DNA of 63,379 nucleotides, filler included, from Choristocarpus tenellus KU-1152 (lineage: Eukaryota > Protista > Phaeophyceae), in assembly GCA_964200185.2 (NCBI GenBank). It is 17 parts of 17 records of this genome, joined end to end, with 100 filler letters (N's around TTAATTAATTAA, not from the genome) between each part and the next. Parts side by side here need not be neighbours in the genome. Positions count along the whole stretch, not along the records: positions 40,182 to 42,907 come from CAXNAD020025276.1; positions 43,008 to 46,763 come from CAXNAD020018127.1; positions 46,864 to 50,122 come from CAXNAD020021214.1; 14 more parts are not named here. One strand, written 5' to 3'. How positions within the stretch are numbered: position 1 is the stretch's first letter; each line of letters starts with the position of its first letter. The position numbers and the translations under genes were made by a program. The notes below the pieces were generated by a model. The model searched no databases, was not told where the DNA came from, and saw only the letters and a list, made by a program, of their open reading frames with translations. Positions 40,420 to 50,222 of this stretch are shown piece by piece.

Positions 40420-40445
40420 CTAACCCTAACCCTAACCCTAACCCT
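40420..40445 (-). repeat. Interstitial telomere-type repeat (CCCTAA)~4
   Basis: ctaaccctaaccctaaccctaaccct read directly. Confidence 0.9.
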
Positions 40446-40732
40446 TACGTAGTATGGTGAATATGCAATGCACAGCTTGGTGAGTTTGGTGTTGGGTTTG
40501 GGGCAAGCAGGAGCAAAGGAGGAACACAAACATTTTTCAGGCGTCTGTCAACAGGGAGGTTGTTGTGAAGGTTTCCCTTGATGTTCTGTAATTACTATTA
40601 GTTTTACTTACCAGGCTTTTTTATATTTTTCTCGCTAGTTGTTTTTATTTGCTTGCGGTATTCTCAAGATTCCCCCCACCCCCGTTTTTTTTTCTATTAT
40701 TTTTTACTTAACGATTTCTATCGTACGTCTGT

Positions 40733-40798
40733 ATTATTATTATTACTATTATTATTATTATTATTGTTATTAATATGACTATTATTACTATTATTATT
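40733..40798. repeat. Imperfect (ATT)n microsatellite
   Basis: Read directly. Confidence 0.85.
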
Positions 40799-41136
40799 TG
40801 GCGGATTGGTCCGAGTGTAGACTGTAGAGGAAGACGCACGAGATGTGCATGGCAGTGAGGCGCGGGTTGTGTCGATACATGGTGATGCGAGATGTTGTAA
40901 GGCGGCAGAACAGTACAGGAAATTTCTGTTAATTCAGGTGTGTATATGTTCCAATGCACGATTGAAGTAGCAGAAAGTGTTCAGGAAATTTCTTCTGTGA
41001 ATCTATTGCGGGATCACCGTGTGATGCTATGCAGTAAATAATTATTTTGAGTGTTAATGCGTTACGGAAGTTGCTCGAGACGTTCACAAGATGGGGGAGG
41101 GAGGCGCCAGAAATCTATTCGCAAGGTTCCCCCCAG

Positions 41137-41259
41137 GTCATGCTGTATTTTCCAGTGCTCGGATACATCCCAAAATATATCTTCCACCCTCCGGAATGGA
41201 TGTTTGGCATGTTGTTGGTTTTAGCACGCATCATGGTTCACTGGCTCATCTACACCCTG
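41137..41259 (+). CDS. Isolated candidate exon (123 nt), possibly of a membrane protein
   Basis: ccccag| ... CTG|gtaaga, length a multiple of 3, open in two frames (e.g. VMLYFPVLGYIPKYIFHPPEWMFGMLLVLARIMVHWLIYTL). No family recognised. Confidence 0.35.
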
Positions 41260-42784
41260 GTAAGACATACCGCCGCTGACTGAACAAGGAAATCCTGCCA
41301 CTCAAAGCAATCTGGAAGCCCTGTGGTGAAGGTATTGTCTTTTTCCAAGTTCTGGCTGAGGAAACCCCTCATGACCCCCCCCCCCGCCCCCGCCCCCAAA
41401 AAAGCCTCACATACCAGGTTGGACAGGTAAAGCGGTTGGTTGGTGGAGGTTGATGTGCAAGCCTCCCCAAACATGCTCCTCTTAGAGAAGTACTCCAACA
41501 GATATCATGAGTAACACACCAGATACCCCATCCTGCACTTGTTGGACAGTGCGTGCACTGCCTTGCCATGCAGTGCTTCCAAGAGTGTATGTACGCCACA
41601 GACTGCAACAGACTCAATCCCCTTGTATAGTAGAGGTGGGTAGTCCTCTCCCGCACCCAGAGCACTTCAGCAGTTGTTGAATCCATTTTAGCTCCTCCCT
41701 CGTTACCACCCACGGATGCGAAAATCGATACTTGGAGTGTTGAAGGAGGAGATTGGCACGGCAAACTTCTGGTGGTATTGGTAGGCATTTATTGTGAGGC
41801 GTTTGGCCTGTTTTTGAGTAGGATGGAAAATGAGGATTACCTGTAGGCTATGTCACTGTGTCCTGAGTAGAGTATGTGCTCCCGGAGTAATTGATATCAG
41901 CAAGCGATCTTCGGAGTGTGCCCAGGATGAGCAGTGATTTACTACTACATTGGCATGCAAATAGTCCATGCAGGGGGGTGTACTGGTGAACCAGTCTCTT
42001 GGGAGCTTTTGGCAACAACCTAGGATGTGACTACAGCAACAAAAGAGGCAAAGGAGATACTGCCCTCTCCTACTCTCATCACCAGACCTGACATGCCCTG
42101 AAATACCAAGGATGGTGTAAGATATGTAGAGATTTTTGTTGATAACAACCTTGTTGCAAAGCCCGCACGCAGCAACTCTCTTGGTCACCTCTCTCGATCA
42201 TTGTTGCAGCAAGATACCCCGCTGTCTGTGACGTTGCGGCGCTGATACGCCTCCCTCTACTATACAAATGATGAACTTAGTGAACAGTACCATCATTGCT
42301 GACTGGCGCATGGTCCAACCTATATCTCAGCCGTTCCACACATTTCTCACTAGCAACCCCTCTTTTATCAGCGTATATGTAAGGACGCCTCCATATCCAA
42401 CAGAACAATGTTCTTGGCAACCCCCCCCCCCCAACGGATACTCGATTTCTAAAATCAGTTGGTTTTAGAGAACTGCCGCCCTTCACTATCCCCCCTCTCC
42501 AAACCTCTGAACACGAGTTTTAAATTATTGTTCTGAACGGCCACAGGTTTTTGAAGTTGAAGTTTGTGAATAGTACGTGCATGAAAAAAATAGATTTGTA
42601 AGGTTTATCGATTCGTGTTTTGCATGTGGTAGTATGCGCATGGTTTGTAGTGAATGCTCTAGGGTTAGGGTTGAAAGAGAGTTTGCGTGTCGATAATGCA
42701 TTAGCACTACTATTAGTGGTAGTGTTCGTACTTCAAAGGTTAATAGTAACATTGGCATGTACCTTGCTAGTACCATTAGGAGTA

Positions 42785-42860
42785 GGGTTAAAGTATCTGG
42801 GGGAGGGAGGGGGGGAGGGGGGGGGGGGGGGGGGGGGGGGGGGCGGGAGGGGGGGGGGGG
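42785..42860. mobile_element. MITE family A TIR running into a poly-G stretch
   Basis: gggttaaagtatctggggg followed by low-quality G-rich sequence. Confidence 0.6.
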
Positions 42861-42907
42861 GGGGAAGGGGGGAGGTCCGGGGGGGGCCCGGACAGTTAAA
42901 AAAAAAA

Positions 42908-43007
42908 NNNNNNNNNNNNNNNNNNNNNNNNNNNNNNNNNNNNNNNNNNNNTTAATTAATTAANNNNNNNNNNNNNNNNNNNNNNNNNNNNNNNNNNNNN
43001 NNNNNNN
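42908..43007. other. Artificial contig-joining spacer
   Basis: Same 100-nt block. Confidence 0.98.
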
Positions 43008-43015
43008 GGCTTGTC

Positions 43016-44149
43016 TTGCATTATCGAGCATACACCGTAGATTCGTGGATGCCTCATGTTTGCGAGACAACTTTCTTTTGGAGGTATATAGCTGAAGATC
43101 AACTCATTGATCTTTGCGAGCGAGCTCTTCCTATCCTTCTTCCCAATGTTCTAGATCAGATTGGAGTACAGTCGATGGCAATTTCATTTCGAAAGGAGAT
43201 TCGGAACCAAATTCGCCCACTGGCAATTTCCCAGATTAATCCTTTAGGAGATGAAATGGTACAGCAAGGAATTAAAGCAGAACGGATCTTTGACGATCTT
43301 ATCGAAGAATTGTCCAATCGTAGCGAACAGTACGCATATTTCCCAACCAATCAAAAGGCTCCAAAACCTGCGTCGTCCAAAGATAAGACACCTACTGCTT
43401 TAGGTAGCATGGCTAACACTCGTGCTATGTTTGCAAGCATGTCCAACCCTTTGTCTGCCCCAGTTGACACCCCGGTAGGCAGACAGGAACTGGAATTACC
43501 TCAACATAGCAGGACATCCTTGCCACAGGAGGTGCCAAGCCAGAATCCATCACCACACCAAGAAGTGGTCAAGAGTGTGCTGGCGGCCCTCACACCGATG
43601 CTCCAACCTATTTTGTCCCAAAACCCCCTGCCCATCGTCTGTGCTGTGTTGACAAACCAACCCGCTTTTGCTCCTGGGAAACATGGTACCACGTTCGTTT
43701 TGAAGAGCAATGCATCCGTGCCCGTTCGCCCAGCAACATCCGCTGCCCGGTCAGTGCCCCGATCCACGTCCTCTATAACCACAGACAGAGTGAGCGATGC
43801 AGGTCGACATCATTCAGGTAAGGATTTACTTTCACCATCTGCTTCCCAAGATGAGGTTGTCGAGTGGCTCAAAGCACATCGAGTTTGTTTCCATCATGCC
43901 TTTGGTTACGAATGCTTCAAGCCTATCAGCCGCAGGTGCAAGTATACTCACGACGACTCCGTAGTACCTAAGGGTTACTTTGCCTATCTGTCCCAAGATG
44001 AGCCAAGTACCACCTCAGCGAACGAGTCACATACGATGGTAGCCTTGACAGATTCCCATTTGCACTACCTCGCCCCGATTCAGAACTTTGAGTTTCCACC
44101 ACCTTTTGCAAGCAGCTCAATCGATTCTGAAGTTCCCGAGTTGCCCTGA
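43016..44149 (+). CDS. gag: Gag-like ORF (5'-truncated) with a C-terminal C-x8-C-x7-C-x3-H motif
   Basis: 377-aa open frame directly upstream of the protease; homologous to the second copy at 52633-54061. Confidence 0.8.
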   Translation: MHYRAYTVDSWMPHVCETTFFWRYIAEDQLIDLCERALPILLPNVLDQIGVQSMAISFRKEIRNQIRPLAISQINPLGDEMVQQGIKAERIFDDLIEELSNRSEQYAYFPTNQKAPKPASSKDKTPTALGSMANTRAMFASMSNPLSAPVDTPVGRQELELPQHSRTSLPQEVPSQNPSPHQEVVKSVLAALTPMLQPILSQNPLPIVCAVLTNQPAFAPGKHGTTFVLKSNASVPVRPATSAARSVPRSTSSITTDRVSDAGRHHSGKDLLSPSASQDEVVEWLKAHRVCFHHAFGYECFKPISRRCKYTHDDSVVPKGYFAYLSQDEPSTTSANESHTMVALTDSHLHYLAPIQNFEFPPPFASSSIDSEVPELP

Positions 44150-45145
44150 GGGTGCGCCCTGAAGTCTTCAGCTCCAGGGAACTTAGACACTGTAGCCATA
44201 GGGAGCATGACCCCCACACTTGCCTCGACAATATCCACTATGTCAACTGCCCAACGAACTAGTCAAGTATGGCTATCTGCACTGCTGTGGCACCCTCGCA
44301 AAGTCCGCTCGAGAATGCCTGTACAGATACTCCTTGACACTGGTGCAGGAGGTGGGAACTACATTTTGTCTGCTTTCTGGCGCAGTACTACTCTATGGGG
44401 AGGTAGCACCAGCTTACCACACCTTAACCAAACTGGTAAGGGAACGTTGCATGCGGCAAACCCGATAGGATGCAGTATCCCACCTATGCAGGTACTAGGA
44501 TCCTGCATACTGCCAATATTGTTTCCCCCAGAGGATAGAGTCCACAATATGACATTTAGAGTAGTGGAAGGCTTACCTTACGGGATGGTTCTGGGAGTCG
44601 CACTCTGTAGGCAGAACAAGAGCATACTGTCATTTCCAGAGGGGAAAGGCTTTCGACCAGCTCCAAACTCACCACAGATACCTTTTGTTCGAGCTGTGAC
44701 ACCCCGACCTCGTGATAACAATGCACCCCTGTCAGCCCTAGGAGAATGGCAAGCATCAATGACACCCACAACCCGACCATCCACGTACCACAGACTGCCT
44801 CCCAATAACCCCAGATCAGCTGAATGTAGAGAACCCCCCCCTAACACAGTCCCTAGACTCCCAAGATGCACTAGTACTCTAACTGGTGAGCATACACCAC
44901 CACACAAGGAACATGCAACTTTTTTTTATGTAGACCCAGAAGCAGGCACCCATGATATGGATCCAGGGGCAGGTATCGCCATAATAGATCTTGCCCAAGA
45001 CAAGGACCCCCTGACCCAACCATTGGAGAGTCCAGGTGTAGTACCCCTTCCGGTAGAGGTAGCGTGGGAAGACGATGGGACTCTGCAATGGGAATTGCGC
45101 CTGTCAGAAGAAGAACGTGTAGAAGGGTTTGTCAGCAAAGCCTGA
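44150..45145 (+). CDS. pol: Retropepsin protease region of pol
   Basis: QILLDTGAGGGNYI...FRVVEGLPYGMVLG (DTG and +LG motifs); same frame as gag after a single TGA. Confidence 0.85.
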   Translation, partial: GCALKSSAPGNLDTVAIGSMTPTLASTISTMSTAQRTSQVWLSALLWHPRKVRSRMPVQILLDTGAGGGNYILSAFWRSTTLWGGSTSLPHLNQTGKGTLHAANPIGCSIPPMQVLGSCILPILFPPEDRVHNMTFRVVEGLPYGMVLGVALCRQNKSILSFPEGKGFRPAPNSPQIPFVRAVTPRPRDNNAPLSALGEWQASMTPTTRPSTYHRLPPNNPRSAECREPPPNTVPRLPRCTSTLTGEHTPPHKEHATFFYVDPEAGTHDMDPGAGIAIIDLAQDKDPLTQPLESPGVVPLPVEVAWEDDGTLQWELRLSEEERVEGFVSKA

Positions 45146-45785
45146 AAAGGATTTGTCAAGGGGACACAACCACAGTCCAGACAGTTGGTGATGATTGAGC
45201 CCTTAGCAGAGTATAACCTGGAATTAGGGAATGCTGTCGGAGTTGCTAGAGGTGTACAATGGTGGAACCCAGGAACCCCTATTTATTGCAAGCTGGTAAA
45301 TACGTGCAGCAAGCCCAGTGGTGTCCAGGCAGGGCTGCAAGTTGCAAAGGCGATTGCTCTGAATACTAAGGACACAAAGAGGGTGGTTGCACTCTTTCAG
45401 TCACTAGCCCATCCCCCTAAAGACCCTCAAAAAGCACAGGTTCTGCTTGCCAAGACTGGTTTTCAGGCTAGATATATTCCCCAGAAGCAGACGACGAGAC
45501 TGGTGACTGCCCGGTAGCAGAAGAAGAAGACACCCCTTCAGGTGAAGCGAAGGAAGTCTGACATCAATCGGTGAGCCTCAGCGATGCCAATATGGGACAG
45601 TTGACACCAGGGCAGAAGAAACAGTTTGTAGAATTGTTGGAAGAATTTAGAAATTTAGGGGTATTCCCTGAAGATCCCAAACGAGTTCCCCCATGCTCTA
45701 GAGGAGTATTACATATACCACTATTAGACGAGACAATACACCCTATGCAGCGAAACAAAGGCGCTTTTCTCCTGAAGAAACGCAG

Positions 45786-46763
45786 ATGATTCAAGCCGAG
45801 GTTAAGCAGTTGCAGGAACGTGGGATTATCAGACCCTCTAACTCAGCATGGGCAGCAGCAGTAGTAGCAGTACGTAAGAAAGATGGGACCCTGAGGTTGT
45901 GCACAGACTATAGGATGCTTAATGACCTCTCGCATAGTGATAGTGGAGGTCTCGGAAACATCACCAGCATCTTTGATGAGCTTAAGGGTTCTAGCTATTT
46001 CACTGCCATAGATTTAGCATCAGGATTCTTTCAACTAGAAATCGTAGAGCTAGACAAACATAGGACAGCCTTTCGTGACGCTCATGGACAACTTTGGGAA
46101 TATAACAGGTGTGGCTTTGGGTTGAAAATCCTACCTGCAGTATTCTCTAGTTGCATGAGAGAGGCATTAGGAGATCTCAAAAGAAACGGTGTGGGAAACT
46201 GGCTAGACGATCTTTTTTGCTATAGCTCATCATTTGAGGAACACATGACCAAACTTCGCCTCCTTCTTACCAGACTCAAGCAATACGGCTTGTCTGTGAA
46301 CTTTCCCAAATCCTCGTGGTGCATGCCCTCACAAGAATTTGTAGGAATGAAGGTAGGTAGAGATGACTTGAATCCTGCTCCATCAAAAATGATAGTGGTA
46401 GCAAAACTTGATCCCCCATCTACAGTTGAGCAGTTAAGAAGTTTCCTAGGCATGACAGGATACATGCGACAGTTGTTTCGAACTATGGCCAAGTAGCTGC
46501 ACCTCTGACTAACATCCTCCGGAATAAAAGGGTATCCTTCCAAAAGAGACAGGAAGAAGATTATCCCTTGGGGTCCAGATGAGAAGAAAGCCTTTGAAGA
46601 ACTTAAGGTGCGTCTGGTCTCTCCACCAATCCTACTCTTTCCTGACTGGGATAAGAAGTTCCTCCTCCATACAGATGCTAGTGAGGAAGGGGCTGGAGCA
46701 ACACTGACCCAGGTACAGGATGATGACCAAGAACATGTCATAGCATATGCTAGCCATAGATGG
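45786..46763 (+). pseudogene. pol: Reverse transcriptase, connection and RNase H start of pol, frameshifted
   Basis: ORFs 45786-46496 and 46608->gap carry Gypsy RT and RNase H motifs; LRSFLGMTGYMR then a frameshift into NYGQVAAPLTNIL. Confidence 0.92.
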
Positions 46764-46863
46764 NNNNNNNNNNNNNNNNNNNNNNNNNNNNNNNNNNNNN
46801 NNNNNNNTTAATTAATTAANNNNNNNNNNNNNNNNNNNNNNNNNNNNNNNNNNNNNNNNNNNN
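46764..46863. other. Artificial contig-joining spacer
   Basis: Same 100-nt block. Confidence 0.98.
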
Positions 46864-46884
46864 GAGGTAGGGGGGGCGTGGTGT

Positions 46885-46899
<15 letters not shown>

Positions 46900-46919
<20 letters not shown>

Positions 46920-46992
46920 AGCGCCTGTTCATTCGGGGCTTATTTTCGAGATTTTTGGTCGATTTGGTTGCATCCTTCGGATGGATAATGTA
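46900..46992 (-). mobile_element. MITE family A fragment
   Basis: poly-G, ctgttcattcgggg...gatttggttgcat...ggatggataatgta. Confidence 0.7.
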
Positions 46993-47174
46993 TTTTAATA
47001 TAACCGCATGTATCTAGCTTAGCATCCTTGTGCTCAGGAAGTATGGAAAAATACACGGTGATTGATTTGTGTCATAGTTATTGTTTCGATTTGACGAAGT
47101 GAATTAATGGTCTCAGTGATATGAATACGGTGAAAATGTACTGCACCTGTACATGACAATAGAGGGTGGTTCAT

Positions 47175-47436
47175 GAGTGAAAGTATCCTAGGGGGTACGA
47201 GTTTTGCCCTGTTTGTCCATTTGGGGCTTGGCTCCTCATGGGTTTTTCTATGACATTTTCCTACTCCAAAGTATTTTGGAGTAGATAAAATGTATACGTT
47301 ATGAAAAGTTGTGTCCAGAACAAGTATAATGACACTTCCTAACAAATGCGATGGCCAATTTTTCATCAAAATCGCAACATTAGATTCTGGCCCCCAAATG
47401 GACGCGGTCCCACCCTCCTCGAAGATACTTTGGCTC
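47175..47436 (+). mobile_element. MITE family B, full-length, TCAT TSD
   Basis: tcat|GAGTGAAAGTATC...GATACTTTGGCTC|tcat, a perfect 4-bp duplication. Confidence 0.93.
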
Positions 47437-47679
47437 TCATTTTAATGCCTCCTAGGCTGTGGAAATCCTTTGTGTTTTGTTGTTCATCAGTCTTTTGAAT
47501 CTGTTCTAGATATTTCAACCTGTTGCTGATGCATCTAGAAGTTTACACACACAACTATGACAAAAAGGGGTAATAGGTACAAAATCCCCACTCTCATCAA
47601 AACGGTATGGTTGTGATAGACACCGATGATGGTATTTACTAAAGAGCACATATTGTCAAATTGGTACGTATGTATTTTG

Positions 47680-47939
47680 GAGTGAAAGTATCTTAGAGAG
47701 TACGAGTTTTTCCTTTTTTCTCCATTTGGGGCTTGACCTCCCTCGAGGTTTTTATGACATTTTCCTACTCCAAAATATTTCGGAGTTGGTAAGACGTATA
47801 CGTTACGAAAGGGTGTGTCCCGAACATGATGGATATTGACACTTCCTAACAAACACGATAGCCAAAATTACATCAAAGTCGCAACATTGGATTTTGACCC
47901 CAAATGGACGCGGCTCAACCCTCTAAGGTACTTTGGCTC
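47680..47939 (+). mobile_element. MITE family B, full-length
   Basis: tttg|GAGTGAAAGTATCTTAGAG...CTCTAAGGTACTTTGGCTC|attg (3/4 TSD match). Confidence 0.92.
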
Positions 47940-48130
47940 ATTGGTGGTATATGGTATAACATAATGCCGATCTCCCCCAAAACACCCTCAATCTGGTTGG
48001 TGGAATTTGGTCTCAAAATCATCGACCCAGAGATTCTTGGACTATTTTTGATACCCTAACCCTAATCCCCTACTTCGTATATTAGGTAGGTATAAAAGGT
48101 GACCTCACCTATTCTAGCATAATGTAATGT

Positions 48131-49995
48131 TATTATGCCCTCTGACATTTTGTGGGTGTGTCAGGGGAAAAGTCAAACCAATGGCACAAGGACTCTGTAA
48201 AAGTAACAGTTGTCGTAACTGTGTAACTGTGAAAGATATCTCTCAAAAATCAATTTACTATTTCCCTACCAGCTATACTACAAACATTCCCTTAAAAGCT
48301 CATAATTACCATGCTCTGTGTACACTGCTGCTATGCCTCCAACCTAGCTTAGCCCTACACCACAGGATGAGGACCTAGGGAAGCATTCCAAGAATCTGAC
48401 AGGCCCCTCCTTGCCCATTTCCCTGATGTCTCCACCTAAAAAAACGTGACACGTGTTGAGAGAACCTCTTGTGTTGTGACAGAAAGCATATGTTGTAAGC
48501 AGGATTTGACAACCCCTTTCCTCCTATAAAGGAAAATACTGTTAATTAATAATCTACGGAAAATATTCTGTTCTACTACTAGACTTTCCATATGATGCTC
48601 AAACTATCAAATCAGCCACTCACAAAAAAAACAGAATTATCCATTTTTTCAGTTCAATCACTCAATTATTCGCTATTAGGTTGTTCTTCATTTATTATAT
48701 TCCCAGCCCTGAATAGTGGGACTTTTGCGATTCAGTCGGTTTCTGACCATGAAGGTTTGTCCAACTCCGAATATATATTGGATATATGTAACTGTGAGAT
48801 ATGTTGACATGGTCGCAATGTCTGTCATTGTATTTGCCATGGTAAGTTTTGATTTTGCAAAAAAAAAAAAAAAAAAAATTATTATGCCCTACAACATTTC
48901 GAGGATTTATCAGAGGAAAAACCAATGAAAACCATTCAAATGCCAGAACCCCCCCAAAAGTAACAGTTTGTCATAAATGTGAAAGACATTTATCTATCAT
49001 CTATTTACTATTTTACTACCAGATATGCTACACCACACCCCTCCTATGTCTCCAACCTAGCTTAGTCCTGTACCCCAGGATGAGGAGGTAGGGAAGCATC
49101 CCAAGAATCTAACAAGCCCGTCCTTGCCCATCTCCCTGGTGACTCCAGCTTAAAACGCATGACACATATAGATAGAGCTACTTGTATTGTGACAGAAATG
49201 ATCTGACGTAAACAGGATTTGACATCCCCTTTCCTGCTGTAGCCTCCTACCCCTCTCCCCCTAATGCATGCATTGCTAACTCATCAAAAAAAATTCCGCT
49301 TGCTCACCAAAGTGCCCAAAACTTTCCACTGTGAAGGTGTTGAGGCTATGACTACAAGGGTCAAAAGAGCCCTCGTAGTGGGTACACTTTCGCACCTCAT
49401 TATTGTGCCCTCTGACATTTTGCAGATGCGTAGGGTGTAAAAAGTAAAATGAAAATTACAAGAACCCTTGTAAAAAAGTAACAGTAGTTGTCATAAATGT
49501 AAAAGATACCTCTCCAAAAACTAGTTACTATTTGAATACTAGCTAAGCTACAATGCTCCCTTTAGGATTGGCAATTTCAATGCGTAAAGTATACACTGCT
49601 GCTATGCCCCTAACTCAGGTTAGCCGTACAAAGGAGGGTGAGGAACTAGGGAATCATCCCAAGAATCTGATGGGACCCATCTTGCCCATCTGCCAGGTAT
49701 CGCATCTCAAGAGAGGCACTTGTGCAGTGATGGACACTATCTTTTTTTTAATGCTCTCTGACATATCTATCGCAAGTGGGACTTGATAGCCCCTTTCTCC
49801 TATAACGTCCAGGCCCTCTCCCCCCCACATTATATATATATATATACATATTATTATGCCCTCTGAAATTTTTCTGATGTGTCAGGGGGAAAAACAATGA
49901 AAACTATTCACATGTCAGTATAAACCCTATAGAAGTAAAAAATGTCACATATGTGAGAAACACTGATCTACTTGTTATTTCACTACTATCTATTA
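48131..49995 (-). mobile_element. Four same-orientation 5'-truncated copies of the RLE LINE 3' end (48131-48529, 48879-49399, 49400-49828, 49851-49995)
   Basis: Each starts on + with tattatgccctctgacatt... and is colinear with part of 39371-39890 (e.g. caggatttgacaacccctttcct, ctttccactgtgaaggtgttgagg, tcaaaagagccctcgtagtggg). Confidence 0.82.
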
Positions 49996-50070
49996 CGGGC
50001 GAATAGTGCAAGGATTTCTTTCCGTGTGCCAACAAGCGCGGACAGTATACATAAGTAAGAATTCATGTAG

Positions 50071-50122
50071 GAGTGAAAGTATCTTAGAGGGTACGAGTTT
50101 TGTCCTGTTTGTCCATTTGGGG
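50071..50122 (+). mobile_element. MITE family B, left end cut by the gap
   Basis: GAGTGAAAGTATCTTAGAGGGTACGAGTTTTGTCCTGTTTGTCCATTTGGGG. Confidence 0.9.
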
Positions 50123-50222
50123 NNNNNNNNNNNNNNNNNNNNNNNNNNNNNNNNNNNNNNNNNNNNTTAATTAATTAANNNNNNNNNNNNNNNNNNNNNN
50201 NNNNNNNNNNNNNNNNNNNNNN
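50123..50222. other. Artificial contig-joining spacer
   Basis: Same 100-nt block. Confidence 0.98.

Larger units (their letters stand above)
43008..46763 (+). mobile_element. Ty3/Gypsy LTR retrotransposon internal region (gag-PR-RT-RNase H), truncated at both contig ends, with a few frameshifts and stops
   Basis: PR LLDTGA; RT IIRPSNSAWAAAVVAVRKKDGTLRLCTDYR, DLASGFFQ, TAF, GFGLK, WLDD; RNase H LHTDAS..GAGATLTQ..VIAYAS. Order PR-RT-RH with no upstream integrase is Gypsy. Confidence 0.95.

Noticed and set aside
42620-42963. Gly-rich or Pro-rich ORFs at contig ends (also 6927-7112, 60492-60743)
   Set aside because: They translate poly-G/C runs and Ns, likely low-quality sequence.
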